This document shows positions 13,184-27,999 of a DNA stretch of 64,000 bases, piece by piece. Each line of letters opens with the position of its first letter. The first letter of the stretch is position 1. The position numbers and the translations under genes were made by a program. The notes below the pieces were generated by a model, which was not told the origin of the DNA, did no database searches, and saw only the letters and a list, made by a program, of their open reading frames with translations. Source of the stretch: Octopus vulgaris (taxonomy: Eukaryota); NCBI GenBank assembly GCA_951406725.2, contig OX597830.1, forward strand, positions 39,866,001 through 39,930,000, in the 5' to 3' direction.

Positions 13184-13707
13184 AGAAGCAACCATCTCAA
13201 TCTTAAAACAGTTCCAATATATATATATATTTGCTTCTATGTGCACAGATTCACAAATATGGAGAAGATTGTCTGTTAAATCGACTTCACTACTTGACTC
13301 GTACTTTATTTCATCGACCAGAATGCTTAGCGACATTTCATCAGTTTTTACATTCTGGGTTCAAATTTACATTCTGGTTTCCATCTTTCGGGGTCGATAA
13401 AATAAGTGCCTGTTGAACACTGGGGTTGATGTAAATGACCAGCCCCATTTCTCAAAAATTCAGGATTATAGTAGAAAGGATTATTATCAAGTTGAATGAA
13501 CGGCGATATTTGATGGCTTGATGAGTAAGGGATGTCGCTTTGTGACATTTTTAACAGTGTCCAGTTAATCCTGTTGACCACAAGCCGTTGAGAGGAACCT
13601 TTACGCCGCTGCTATCTACCTGATAGAAACATCAACCAAAAACCCCTCAAACCATTCAGTATAATTTTAATTTACATATAGTCATGTATAATCATATAAT
13701 CTCACAG

Positions 13708-14017
13708 TGAAGGCGCGTAGTTTAGTGGTTAACATATTGGGCTCACAGTCGTAAGATCCTGGGTTCGATTCCGGGCAGCGCGCTGTATCATTGAGCAAGG
13801 TACTTTATTTCACATCGTTCCAGTTCACTCAGCTGACAAAAGTTGTATACTTTTATTTCAAAGGGCCATCCTCGGCAATTTCTGTGTCACACTAAATCCC
13901 CCCGAGAACTGCATTAAGAGTTCACGTGTTTGTGGAGTCCTCAGTTACCCGCATGCTTATTTCACGAGCAGGCTGTTCCGTTGGAACCCTCGCCGTCGTA
14001 ATCAACAGGGTGCCAGG
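13708..14017 (+). mobile_element. SINE family C (tRNA-derived, CORE-like TGTCCTTGAGCAAG..CTTTATTTCAC body) with degenerate TSD
   Basis: gaaggcgcgtagtttagtggtt (A box), gggttcgattcc (B box), tail cgtcgtaatcaacagggtgccag; TSD tcatata/tatctcac at 13692-13707 and 14018-14033 (2 mismatches). Confidence 0.85.
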
Positions 14018-14880
14018 TCATATTATCTCACTGGCAAATATCGAATTAATGGAATTGTTAGAGTGTGATTGAATGTCTTGTGGATATTTCTTCCGAGTCT
14101 GTGCGCTCTGTGAAGTTCAAATCCGATCAAGGTCACCTTTACCTTTCGTCCCTCCGCGGTCGATAATAAAATATCAATGTAAAGCGGTGGTGTGGTTCGT
14201 GAATGACATTGGAACGTCTCTTTAGTGTGTTCTGGTCAAATTTGGTCAAGGCATCGATGTCCAGAGTTGATCACCCGAAATTCAGGAGCACCCCTTACGA
14301 TCCGCACTTGGCCCACGTGAACAGGTAGGCCCAATACCAACAGCGAATTAAAAACAGCTGGGTGGAATATTATCTCAAGGAATCTTACTTTCTTTGATTT
14401 ATGGTGGAAATAAATAAATGAAATAGTTTTTTTGTTTTTTTTCAAACATTAACGGTCTTCATTAAGAAATAAATAGCTTCGGATGTGACGCTATTCCTTA
14501 AAGGAAAACTACGATATGGGCACTTTTGACTGGAGCACTTTTGTTTGTAAGTCTAGTTGATAAAATCTTATTGGGGACAAAGGAGCAACAACTATTTGAC
14601 CGCAAAAGTCTACAAAATTAATCAGAAGCAACCCTCGGCCCCCACACACGTCTTTATCACCAATGTACCTTTTTATTTACTTTTTTGTTTGTTTTTATTA
14701 GTACTGTTTGTTTTGTTCTTTTCTGTGTGCTTATGAAAGAAAAAAGGGAGCCAAGACACCCAATCACTGACTTACGTCAGCAACAAATCAGCATGAAGAC
14801 TCCGCTCCAATACACGCCCCAACAAAATGGGTGGGAGTCGGCAGGACCTCCCTCCAAATATAATGTTTACTACCACCACC

Positions 14881-14929
<49 letters not shown>

Positions 14930-15256
14930 ATACTACTACTACTAGTACTACTACTATCACTTGCTCCTTACGGCTGATATCATTATCATCATCATCGTCG
15001 TCGTCGTCGCGATCATCATTGCTGTCGCTGCTAACTTAGTCGGGATTATTATTTATCAATATTCATCGTCATCACCATTATCATCATCATCATCATCATC
15101 GTCGTCATCATCGTCATCATCATCATCATCATCATCACCATCATCACCACCACTACGTCGTCGTCGTCGTCGTCATTATCGCCAAAGTCATCACATATAG
15201 AACGATTGATCTAAAAGTACGACATCTTGAGCAGGCCAAACCGCTTCCTTCTTTTA

Positions 15257-15295
<39 letters not shown>

Positions 15296-15419
15296 GGTGA
15301 TTGGGTGGGTGGGTGTGTATAAATATGTATGTACTCTAGCTTATCCGTTTTAATTTTCTTACCCTCACACCCCTTCAATACACCCCACCCCAGTCATTAT
15401 CTATCCCCACTACCACAAC

Positions 15420-15620
15420 AACCTTTACATGGTCGCTCGGCCTGAAAGAAATAGCAGCTAAATTTCATTTAAATACCACCTTACCATCTTTAAAAAAAAG
15501 GACGCTTTGGATAATGTAGTAATTGCTTATAAGTAAAAAAAAAATATATATTTAAAATAACGGGATGGTCACGACTGGAATACTTTTGAACATTGGTCCC
15601 TTCGATCGAGCAGGCGAACA
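15420..15620 (+). repeat. Unclassified dispersed repeat (family D, core GAAATAGCAGC(C/T)AAAT)
   Basis: Similar diverged copies near 1235-1480 (-), 13610-13660, 26690-27060, 44200-44360, 50060-50160 (-). Confidence 0.55.
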
Positions 15621-15846
15621 CACCAACCATCACTGCCCATCACCTACCCCCGCCTACAGCACGCCACCATCACCGCAGTTGCTTCTATCACATACATATC
15701 ACCCACCTACAAACCTTCGCCACACCCCACCCCCCGAGTACCTCAACCACCACCACCACCACCGATAATACCAACACCAACACCAACCTTCATTACCATT
15801 CCTCATCCAATATCCCCACACACCACCACCACCTCTCGCCCATCTT

Positions 15847-15877
<31 letters not shown>

Positions 15878-15977
15878 AATCACCACCCCACTTACACCTC
15901 CACAAACACTATCAACATCATACAACAGCCCATCCATTATTCACGCATTCTTAAAATCTATCCCTCCCCCTCACCAT

Positions 15978-16154
15978 AAATATGTGTGTATTTATATATA
16001 TATATATATATATATAAATTAAATGTATATATATATATTGTATATGTATTTATACATATATATATATTGTATATGTATGTATATATACATATATAAATGA
16101 CTGAAACAAGTAAAAGAGTAAAAGAGTATATATGTGTGTATGTATATATGTATA

Positions 16155-16209
<55 letters not shown>

Positions 16210-16219
16210 TCTATATATA

Positions 16220-16253
<34 letters not shown>

Positions 16254-16533
16254 CACACATATATATATGTATGTATATATATATGTATATATATATACAT
16301 ACATACATATACATATACAATGTAAGTATATATATATATATATATATACATACATATATACATATGCATATATATATATGTTTGTGTGTATGTATGTATA
16401 CATATACATACATTATATATGTATGCATATGATGTATGTATATGTATATATATATATATATATATAATGTATGTGTATGTATATATAATATATAATGTAT
16501 GTGTATATATAGATATATATAGATAGATAGATT

Positions 16534-16589
<56 letters not shown>

Positions 16590-16620
16590 TGCATACATAT
16601 AGATAGATAGATACATGTGT
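15978..16620. repeat. Long degenerate (TA)n/(TATG)n/(GATA)n block
   Basis: Directly visible. Confidence 0.95.
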
Positions 16621-16796
16621 GTAGTGGGGTGGTGGCAGGTATATATATTTATATAGAAACCCCCGATTTGTTTGTTTTTCTGATTTTTTGTTTTTTATAT
16701 TGTTTTCCTTTGGTTTTTGTCGTTCATGTTTATTAGTATTTTACTCACACCTACCTGCTCACCTATTCACACATTCCGCTACCGAAATTCCCCTAC

Positions 16797-16852
<56 letters not shown>

Positions 16853-17875
16853 TCTCTTTCTCTTTCTCTTCCTTTATCATTCTAGCCCCTCCTTGTTCCC
16901 CCCCACACACACACTCAAATCTGTTCCCCCTTCTCTCTCTCATCTTCTCCATCTCCTTCTTTCTCATTCTCATCTTCTCTCTCTCCAACAGAAAATCCCC
17001 AAATCCAAGTCTCTCGTCGTCCTACTCCTCATACTCCACCCCACAACTCCCCTCCACTTACTCTCAACCCCGCCATACCCTTTGCTAAATACGTTCCTTT
17101 ATTATTTCTTTCTGTCTTTTTTTCATCTCCAATGAATCCTTTTGAGTTTTGTCTTTGCTATAACTGCTTTTTTTTTTGTTTTATTGTTGTTATTATTATT
17201 ATTGTACTTCATCTTACTAAAAGCCACACTTATTGGGAAAAGGTAATACGCATACATACGTGTGGGGGGTGGGGCAAAATGTATGCGTATATTATATATA
17301 TATATACATACATACATACATACATACATACATACATACATACATACATACATACATACACACGTATACATATATATATATATAAATATACACGTATGTG
17401 TATTTGTATGTATGTAAGTATGTATGTATGTATATCAATAAATATGAAAACCTGATGCCTGTCCCATCAAATCCCTACCAAGCCTTGGCTGGTTTCACAA
17501 CGTTGTCCTTAATACAGAGGGATCCGAAGTTGAAATAAGTTCCAATCGACTGAAGCCCAGAAGAAAAGGTAAGGCACGTTCTGTAAAGTTAGAAGGATTT
17601 CAATGCTATTTTATTCAAAACTGAACCTAGACGAGTTCCTTGCTCATAATTGTCAGTCCCCCGAGGAGCGGAAACGAGAAACTCCGAGTAACGACTTATA
17701 TATACTGAGTTTTTAATAATAATGTTATTCAAAACTAACTGCAAGAATTAAGTTTTTGGTTAATTGCATTTCAAGGGGATACACACACACACATGTATAT
17801 ATACATATATACACTCACATATACATATACATACATATATACACACACACCCATAAATATATATGTGTGTAAGTA

Positions 17876-17914
<39 letters not shown>

Positions 17915-18292
17915 TAAGGAAAGATTAACAGTGACTGTGAAGGTTTTTCCGTTGTTTAATATAATTATACATGAAACAGACAATATGTATATTATACATA
18001 CATACACATACATGCATCTTTGGTTGAAACATATCTAACTTATATATGTATGTGTGCGTGTGTGTGTAGGTAGATTTATACATACGCATATATATGCATA
18101 TATATATATATACACGTTTATGTACCCAAATACGTTATGCTATGTACTTTAATACCATGCTGTTGATGTTTGAGAACTATGTTACTGTGTTATCCTTCAG
18201 TACATATACACATACACACACGTGTGTATACATACATACACATATGTATATATATATATATATTATATATGTATATATATATGTGCCATATA

Positions 18293-18412
<120 letters not shown>

Positions 18413-18477
18413 GGTATGCTGCTGAGGCAAACCGGATAAATAGAACTCAAAATATGAGTATATGTATATTTTGAATA

Positions 18478-18600
18478 AATATTTAGTAGAAGTAAATGAG
18501 TGACTCAAGTCCTAAGTGTTTCGTGCGTTGGCACTTATCAAAAGTGCCAAGGAACGACACTCTCGGGCCTTGAGTCACTCTGTTACTTCTGCTAAATATT
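18478..18600. repeat. Imperfect ~120-bp fold-back between (TA)n tracts, with a degenerate hammerhead core at the apex
   Basis: aatatttagtagaagtaa..gagtgactcaag..ttggcactt / aagtgccaa..cttgagtcactc..ttacttctgctaaatatt; the - strand reads tTGATAA-GTGC-caac-GCAC-GAAAC. Confidence 0.8.
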
Positions 18601-18633
18601 AATAAATATATATATACATATATATGTATATAT

Positions 18634-18695
<62 letters not shown>

Positions 18696-19518
18696 ATATA
18701 TATGCATACATGCACACACAGACACATATACGCGTCTGTGTGTGTCTGTATATGTGCATTTACATATAAATCAATTATATTTATATATGTATTGTGTTCG
18801 TTGCTTTTGTGTGTTTGTTCGTGTGTTAGTTTGTTTTGCTTGCTTGCTTGCTTATTTGCTTGTTTGCTTGTTTGTTTGTTTGTTTGTTTGTTTGTTTGCT
18901 TGTTTGTTTGTGTGAGGGTGCTTCTGTTTCCAGTTACGTACATACGTCTACATTTAATACATTTGTAACGTTAAACAAAACATGAATGACTTAGTCCTTT
19001 TTTTTCTCTCTGGTGACACTCAGCAGCACTGTTAGTGACACGTTCCAGATATGATTGCTGGAATGTTGCGTGTATTTTTAACTGAAGGGTGAACCAAAGG
19101 ACAATTAAATTAAGATCCCTATCTCTTTCTTTCTTCCTCTCTCCCTCTCTTTCCCTCTTTGCATTTCATAGTCTTTTTTTCTCCCCGATTTTGATTCTCT
19201 TTTTTTAACTCTATATTATATCTCTTAACTTACAAGTACACACGCTTACAGAGACCAATAAAGTCGATTATATCGAACACATTACATTACTGGTACTTCA
19301 TTGAATCAACGAAAGATCTTCCATTTGATTACTTTAGCCTACTAAGAAGAAGCAGTCAAACTGCCTTCAAATTACGTATTATCCCCTTCAAAAACGAAGG
19401 TGAAGAGTAAATATGGAGTGATGTACTCCTCCCTAACCAAACTAAGTCTAAACATTTTAGAAAATGGTCATTTGCGGCAATGGCTTTTTATTAATATTAT
19501 TCATTAAATGGTGTAGTT

Positions 19519-20230
19519 AAGGCGGCAAGCTGGCAGAGTCGCTAGCAGCATTTCGTCTGTCTTTACGTTCTGAGTTCAAATCCGCCGAGGTAGATTTTTT
19601 GCCTTTCATCCTTTCAGGGACGATAAATTAAGTATCAGTGAAAGACTGAGGTCGATGTATTCCTCACCCCCAAATTTCAGGCTTTGTGCCCTTTATAGAT
19701 AGGTTTATGATTCAGTGGGGTGGCAAAATCGTTAGCACGCTAGCGGCATTTTGTCCATCTTTACGCTCTGTGTTCAAATTCCGTCGACTTTGGCTTTCAT
19801 CCTTTCGGGGTCGATAAATTAAGTACCAGTTACGCACTGGGATCGATGTAATTGACGTAACCCCACCACCACCAATTTCCAGGCCTTGTGCCTTTAGTAG
19901 AAAGGATTACTATTATTAGTTGTAGTAATAGAGCATCATTTTGTCCATCTTTATGTTCTGAGCCCAAATTCCGTCGTGGCCAACTTTGCCTACCATCCTT
20001 TCGGAGCCAATAAAATAAGTACCAGTTGAGTACTGGGATCGATGTAGTCAAACTTTCAAGCATTTTACCAATAACAGAAAGGATTATTATTAGCAATAGT
20101 TTACGATGTCTGAAGGAAACTAACATGAAACAAGAAGAAACAATAGATATCGAATCGGAAGGCGACGAGCGGGCGAAATACTTGGCCGTATTTCGTCTGT
20201 TTTTACGTTCTGAGTTCAAATCTACAGTAG
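19519..20230 (+). mobile_element. Tandem cluster of 3-4 SINE family B copies or fragments
   Basis: gcctttcatcctttc.gggtcgataaattaagtaccag-type body repeated at about 19600, 19790 and 19990; a partial head at 20160. Confidence 0.85.
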
Positions 20231-20777
20231 AAAATAAAAAAAATTTAGATCGGACATCCCAAATCAATTAGGGGAGCAAAGTCGAAATTTTGATTTAAAA
20301 AAGTGTATTTTTTCCACGTAATAATTCTACTTGCATAAGGGACATTAGCCATTTGAATGTGGCTAGGGACAGGGCAGGGCGGTGGGGGTGTTACTGATGC
20401 ATTTAGCCCCAGGCGATCATCAACGTCACCAGATAGGCTGACACCATCACGGTGTCCTCTATCCTGCAAAGGGAGATTCTACTTGCCTGAAACAATAATG
20501 GTTCTTCATGATGTATGGAGTGTCTACCCCAAAACTCTACCCAAGATATATCATAATAACAGTTCTTAATTTATCGTGTCCCCAGGAATACAAGACTGAG
20601 TTAATCCGAGCTCTATTCGAACCAGGAACTTAAAGATATAACTAAATGCTTCACTCTTTCACGCCTTCCACTACAATATCATTGCCAATATTTGAATAAC
20701 AGAAACTCAAATCTAATTGTTTTTTTTTTATCTTTTAGGATTCACTCTACAAATATGTAAACAACATTTTAAGTACC

Positions 20778-21007
20778 TATTTCTTTATTACCCACAAGGG
20801 GCTAAACATAGAGGGGACAAACAAGGACAGACATAGGTATTAAGTCAATTACATCGATCCCAGTGCATAACTGGTACTTAATTTATCGACCCCGAAAGGA
20901 TGAAAGGCAAAGTCGACCTCGGCGGAATTTGAACTCACAACGTAACGCAGACGAAATACGGCTAAGCATTTCGCCCGGCGTGCTAACGTTTCTGCCAGCT
21001 CGCCGCC
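20778..21007 (-). mobile_element. SINE family B with perfect 16-bp TSD
   Basis: TSD caacattttaagtacc at 20762-20777 and 21008-21023. Confidence 0.92.
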
Positions 21008-22097
21008 CAACATTTTAAGTACCATTTTATGAATGTTGTTGAGTGCCGCGAACTTTTAGAGTTGTTAGTGCGTTAGATAAAACACTTTGCATTATTTGTT
21101 CAGACTCTCTACGTCCCGTGATCAAATCCCAGTCAGGTCACCTTTGCTTTTCCTGTTTTAAGAGACGAACCAATAAAGTGCCCCATCCATGCAAAGTGTC
21201 GCGCTACTTTGGCCTAAAAATTATGTTTAAGGATATATCTATCTTTTGAATAATCAACCGTTTACACTTCAATTCCTTAAGTAGGAATTCGCTTGAACGA
21301 ACAAGCGAATGCTCATCGTCGAAACCGACGGAGAATCACGATGAATACTATATTTCAGTCATGCTGATATCTTAGTTAAGCACAAAACCACTTATATTCT
21401 TTCTTTTGAAGAAGATAATTCAACGCTAGTACTTGACTGGTACTCTATTTTGTGAACTTCGGAAAGATAAAGGCAAAATCGATTTTAGAGGGGTTTAAAC
21501 TCAGAAATTAAAGAGCCGTAAGTAAACATTGTGGCATACCCGCGCAAGTGTGCCCCTCCCCCCGCCCAACCGACTTTGTTTCCTTATAACTTTCAGAAAA
21601 ATAGATATTTTGTGAAATTGCCCATATTACGCTTCTGATGGTGTAGATTCCTATTATATCGGAACTTGGCATTAAATGCACTTTTTTCACCATAAACTCT
21701 GATATAATCAGAATCTGCACCATTTATTGCATATTTGTAGAAAATTTTATCAATTGTTTGAAAGTTATGAGGAAACAAAACTGGAGAGGTAAACTTCTGT
21801 AAATATACCAATATTACAAGGGGCTTTGTTCGATATTCAAGCAAATTCTCCGATTACCCGCTCTCTGAATATTAATTTCTGACCTAATCGCAAAAAAAAA
21901 AAAAATCACACACGGGTTTTTTATTTAGTGGTGGGAACAGCTTATCAAAGCGACCATTTTATCGATCCTGGAAGAATGAACGATGAAGGTGGCCTTTGCA
22001 GGGTTTGAAATCAGAAAGTAAAAGGACACAACTAAATACCACATCAAGGTGCTTCTGCTCAGATACTGATTTATGAATATTAACTTTTTTTTTTGTA

Positions 22098-22420
22098 TCC
22101 TCACCTATAGATATGAACGTTGGTTAAGACCGAAAGAGTTGGATCGTGAGAACAAGTGGCAGAAATGAGGCCCCTCCGATGGATCTCTAGAGCAGCGTTA
22201 CTCGACAGGGTACGTTGCTCGGAGATCAGGATGTCGCGCCAGCTCGAGCCGTTGCTTTTCCGCATTACGAGGTCACAGTTCCGGTGTCCACAGACATATG
22301 ATTAGTATGTCGCATGAAAAAGAAATCGCGATACGGATTCTTCCAGCCAAGCCAACTGACAGAAGACTTAGGAGTAGACGAAGAACGTGATGGTTGGATA
22401 ATATCCATAGTCACAGTTGG
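22098..22420 (+). mobile_element. RTE-clade LINE (Rex3/Expander-like) 3' ORF fragment, degraded
   Basis: Hand translation with a frameshift and stop: LTYRYERW/xKTERVGS*EQVAEMRPLRWISRAALLDRVRCSEIRMSRQLEPLLFRITRSQFR, matching the RTE C-terminal pattern AEMxFLR...DRVRSSxIR...EPLLLRIERSQLRW. Confidence 0.75.
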
Positions 22421-22516
22421 CCACGGAAAGTTTAATGAAGGCTGCTTTTAATAGGACCCTATGGAAGAGATACCCACGACCCCCCCGAAAAGAGTGGGCG
22501 AAGAAGATGGATAGAT

Positions 22517-22727
22517 GACTTACTTGCTCCAGTCATTTGACTGCGGCCATGCTGGAGCACCACCTTAAAGGGATTTTTAGTCGAAGGAATCGACTCCAGG
22601 ACTTATTCGTTGTAAGCCTAGTACTTATTGCATCGGTCTCTTTTTCCCAACTGCTAAGTTATGGTAACGTAAACACATCAACGTCGGTTGTCAAGCGATG
22701 GTGGGGAGGACAAACACAGACATAAAG

Positions 22728-22795
<68 letters not shown>

Positions 22796-23072
22796 CCAGC
22801 CGAAATTGCAAAGATAATCTGGAACTTGACTGAGGAAAGAAAACTCCGAATGACTCGTCCTTGTTTTCTTTGTATCGTCTATCTCGATGTTTTGCGTTCT
22901 TGTCCCATTTCGTATATATATAAACTTCTTTCAGTTTCCGTCTACCAAATCCACTCACAAGGCCTTGGTGGCCCCGAGGCTATGGTAGAAGATACCTTGG
23001 ACAAGGTGCTTCCCAACCACTGAACCATGTGGTTGGAAAGCAAGCTTTTTACCACACAGTCACGCCTGCGCT
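22517..23072 (-). mobile_element. SINE family A with a ~120-bp foreign insert (22795-22915) in its internal microsatellite
   Basis: The SINE 3' half (22517-22730) and 5' half (22925-23072) are separated by (CA)n(TA)n plus unrelated sequence. Confidence 0.8.
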
Positions 23073-24666
23073 TATATTTAATCATTCTTCTGAAAATGTA
23101 TTATTTCTATAAAGATGTACCATTAAAACTGCGTAAAGATCACTCGTCAAAAAGAGTTAATGTGATTTATATTTGTTAAATCTATATAGTGAATATTTCT
23201 CGTGATTTAAAAGGAAAGGCATTAACATATATTCCGACGAGTATATGATGTTTGCACATTTCGATAAATACAAAAGAGCTGAAAGGCAATTGTTGGGAAA
23301 TACCATTACATATGCAATTTCATTGAATTGCTTCCCATTTAGGTAATAATAGAAACATTGTGAACATATTCCTGTGTGCGAGTGTGTCTGTGTATGAATA
23401 TCTGCATGAAAGATCTGATTACACAATATATTTTGTTGTTTGTTTACAACAAGGGTATTTCTATTATTGTCAGTCACAAATAGCGGCGAATAGTGAAAGC
23501 CATTAGCGCATCGGCTTAGCGGTATTTCTTTCGATTCTCTAAAGTTCTGAGTTCAAATTCTGCCAAAATCAGCTTTACTTTTAATCTTCAAGACAGAGGT
23601 CAATATAATCAACTATTACCCCCACCCCGCCTCACCAAAATATGAGACATTTTTTTCTGTCATATGAATTGAAAATACCGTATTGTAAACACGTAGTGAA
23701 AAAAACATTCTAACATCGTCACTATCTTTCCTAATCCTGTAACATTTCACATGGAATTTTTGGTCTTCCAAAGCTGTCTTGGTGTGTAAGTCGTCCTACC
23801 TTCTTTTTTTTTTTTTGGCTGTTTGATCTGAAAAATCTGAGTTGGATGCCAGAAAACAACGTTTTCTTCCAAAACTATTCTGATTTGAGCAGAATTCTCA
23901 TCAATGAGACATTTAAAAATAAAAAAAGTAAGAATAAGTAGTTCTTTTGTTTCTCCTTTTCGTTACCACTAATACTAAGTTGCGGCTTTTGTGATGTGAA
24001 TTTGAAAGCCAGCAAAGGTGAGTTTTGCCTTTTGGTGTCGATTGAATAAGTACCATTCAGAAACTGATATCGATTCGATCTCCCGAATCTTCTTAAAAAA
24101 TCAATAGTATTTTGTCTCGGTTTAGTATGGAAGCCAGAGGACCAGAAGACCGCGAAAATCCATTCATGTTGTTTAGTTACGTCCCAGTACAACCCTGAGT
24201 TCAAATTCTACCGGAGTCGAATGCACTTTTTATAAGTGAGTTAATAAATATTCTGGATTCCAGTGACTTCATCTCCGTCTGTTTTTCTTATACACACAAT
24301 CATACATACGTAAATATATACATACAAACAGACAATATAATACCTGTATTAATTCAAATTCTGAAGGTAATACCTATATTAATGCAGGAATTACAGTGTA
24401 TGATTACCTTGTACAAACATGTTCATATTAGTTTTATATTTTATATTTTTCAAGTAAGACTAAGTATTTATCAGTTACAGATCTCGTATATGATTTCTAT
24501 ATACATATCTATTTAAAGCAGTGCTGTGTTGGTTTTTGTCATATGTGAATGAATATGTATGTATAAATAATATATATTAAGACATTCATATATATATATA
24601 TACAAACACGCATATATATACATACATACATACAAACATACATACATACATACATACATACATACA

Positions 24667-24697
<31 letters not shown>

Positions 24698-24820
24698 GAC
24701 TATATGTGTGCATGTGTGTGCATATCTATATATGTATATATATATGTATGTATAGATATATATGCACACGCACGCACGTATATATTCATATGTATACTAG
24801 GTATACATTTCTGTACATAT

Positions 24821-24880
<60 letters not shown>

Positions 24881-25022
24881 ATATATGTATGTATGTATAT
24901 GTATATGATTATGTATATATATATATCATATATATATAATCGACGCTATATTATAAATTTTCTTTCATAACAGTCACTTCATCTATTTTATTACTTACTA
25001 TACAGGTGATTTATTGGACCAT

Positions 25023-25109
<87 letters not shown>

Positions 25110-25214
25110 ATGTTGAGTGGGAGGGGGAGGGAGGGAATGGGAAGGGAAAGGGACAGGCAGACAGATAGCTAGGCGGACAGAGAGAGGAACAGAAAGTGAC
25201 CGAGAGGGAGAACG

Positions 25215-25257
<43 letters not shown>

Positions 25258-25410
25258 GAGAGAGAGAGAGAGAGACACCCACACATACGTTTATTAGAAA
25301 GTACAAAAGTACAACACAACCCAGTCTGTGAATTCCGTAAAATATGCCAATGTTCTGTATTGAGATTGGGTGATGAATAAGCACCTAGTTTTTCCCTGCC
25401 GCAGCACCCT

Positions 25411-25461
<51 letters not shown>

Positions 25462-25604
25462 GCATACGTGCACATACATACACACATGTATCCATATACA
25501 TACACATTCTCATACACATGTCTTCAACAGAGATATACCTACACATAAACATTCATTTGACATACATGTTATGTATACACACACACTCTATCCGTCTCCG
25601 TCTC

Positions 25605-25672
<68 letters not shown>

Positions 25673-26309
25673 CTCACACGCACACATACTAGTATGCCTA
25701 TACTCCTATACACCTATTTGATTCTACACGCATACGTCACTATACACACACACACACACACACACACTACCGAACACGGTCACCTAAGCTTTTGCACACA
25801 CACGCATACACACACACACACACGTTCGCGCGCGCGCGCGCAAATACATACGCCCGAACACGGACCAAGGAATAAAAAAAAAAGGGGAATATAATGAAAA
25901 TACTTTTCTGTAGCCGCTCCCATAACTTTCCAACCCAACCGCCCCGACACCCTTACGCCTGCCCACATCGCCCCCTCTTCCAACCCTTCAACTGTCTTAT
26001 CAAACATTAAGGTTACACGTACGGCAACGCATTACCATCACCACCACCGCCGCCGCCGCCACCTGTATTACCAACTGGTACCCGAAGGGCCATTTATTGC
26101 AGTTGCTCCACCTTTTAAAGACAGCAGTCAAATTCCCTCGTGTGTGGTCAAGGCTGGAATGAGTCTACACAAGCTGACCTGGTGCTAAACAACTATTACT
26201 CCTTTGCTATGACCACCACCACAACCACCATTACCATCACCACCGCTGTCACCAACCAATACGACAACCAGCACCACCAGCACTACCACCGCTACTATCC
26301 TTTCTACTG

Positions 26310-26518
26310 TAAGGACAGGGTATGAAATTTTGTGAGGAGGAAGACGCTAGTTAATTACGTCGACCCCAATACTCAACTGGTACTTATTTTATCGACCCTA
26401 AAAGAATGATAAGCAAAGTTGATCTCGGTGACATTCGAACTCAGGACGCGTAAAGACTCACGAAATGCCGCTAAGCAATTCGTCCGACGCGGTAACGATT
26501 CTGCCAGCTCGCTGCCTT
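26310..26518 (-). mobile_element. SINE family B, diverged copy
   Basis: actggtacttattttatcgaccc...gaactcag...ttctgccagctcgctgcctt. Confidence 0.8.
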
Positions 26519-27234
26519 TACCACCGCCACAAGTACCAATCAACACCACCACCACCACACCACTACCACCACCACCACTACCACCAACTAGCAGTATCGC
26601 TACCTCCACAACTATCATAGCATTTACCATCACCACCATTCATCCCTATACCACCAAATTTAAGATTGCCATGATCGAACACAGAGCTTATAAGTGTTCG
26701 TTCGACCTGCCAGAAATAGCAGCCAAATTTTCCTCAAATCACAACCTACCGTCTAAAGGAATAGAAGGGTATATCGGACAGTCTGGTCTTAGATGCTATA
26801 CTACGTCTGAAAATGAGACAGGGTGGCCACAACTGGAACAACTCTGACCATATACTTCCTCGATCTGAATTCACCTGAGTCAACAACAAACAGCATTAAA
26901 AATGCAATGAGTCAATCTCTTACATGTCCTTAAGACTTGCTAGAAATAGCAGCCAAATCTCCTTCAAATCGCACCCTGTGATCTACATTTCTGAACACAC
27001 ACTGGGTCATGTACTTTTAGACATCATTAAAACAAATACAACCGAATCGTCATAGTTGTGTAAATGTATAAGTATCTATATGCGGCGGCGGTATATCAGT
27101 GAGTGATAGTGCGCTCATTGCATGATTGCTTGTGCGTGGTGGCGGTGATGGTGGGGGATATAAACATACGCATACTACACTTTAGCGCGAGGTCAGGCAC
27201 CTCTATGAATGTGTGTATGTGTGCGTGGAAAGAG

Positions 27235-27307
<73 letters not shown>

Positions 27308-27381
27308 GTATGTATATATGTATGTACGTATGTATATATATATATATATATATATATACATGTGTGTGTATGTGTGTGTAC

Positions 27382-27428
<47 letters not shown>

Positions 27429-27935
27429 TATGTGTGTGTATGTATGTAAACATACACAACACAACACAACTTACACACATACACACAAAGTATTCATACA
27501 TGTTTGAATGCGGATAATACTAGTAACAAGTTGTATACCGAGGTCACTGACCTGGCTAACAAAAAATAGAAAAACATTACTCCTCCCCTTCCGTCGCATT
27601 CTCTCTCTCTCTCTCCACCTTCACCCTCTCACCCTCCAAAATTATCTCTCTTTCTCTCTCTCTCTGTCTTCTGTTCCCCTCCTTCTCTCCGCCTCTCTCA
27701 AATAGAATACTAATCATGAGGACCGATGCGGCATCCATTTCATTTATTTGTAGTCTCTGCACGATTAACATAATTGCGGCTGTCCCTGGGTTGATGAGCT
27801 TGTTCTAGGGATGACAGGGAGACAGGAAAAAAAATAGCTAGCGTTTTGTCCCACGATGAAAACTTGGTGTAGAAATGTATATGTATACTCTACACACTGC
27901 TTGCACTGCAGTACGTTACAACTATACATACACTC

Positions 27936-27999
<64 letters not shown>

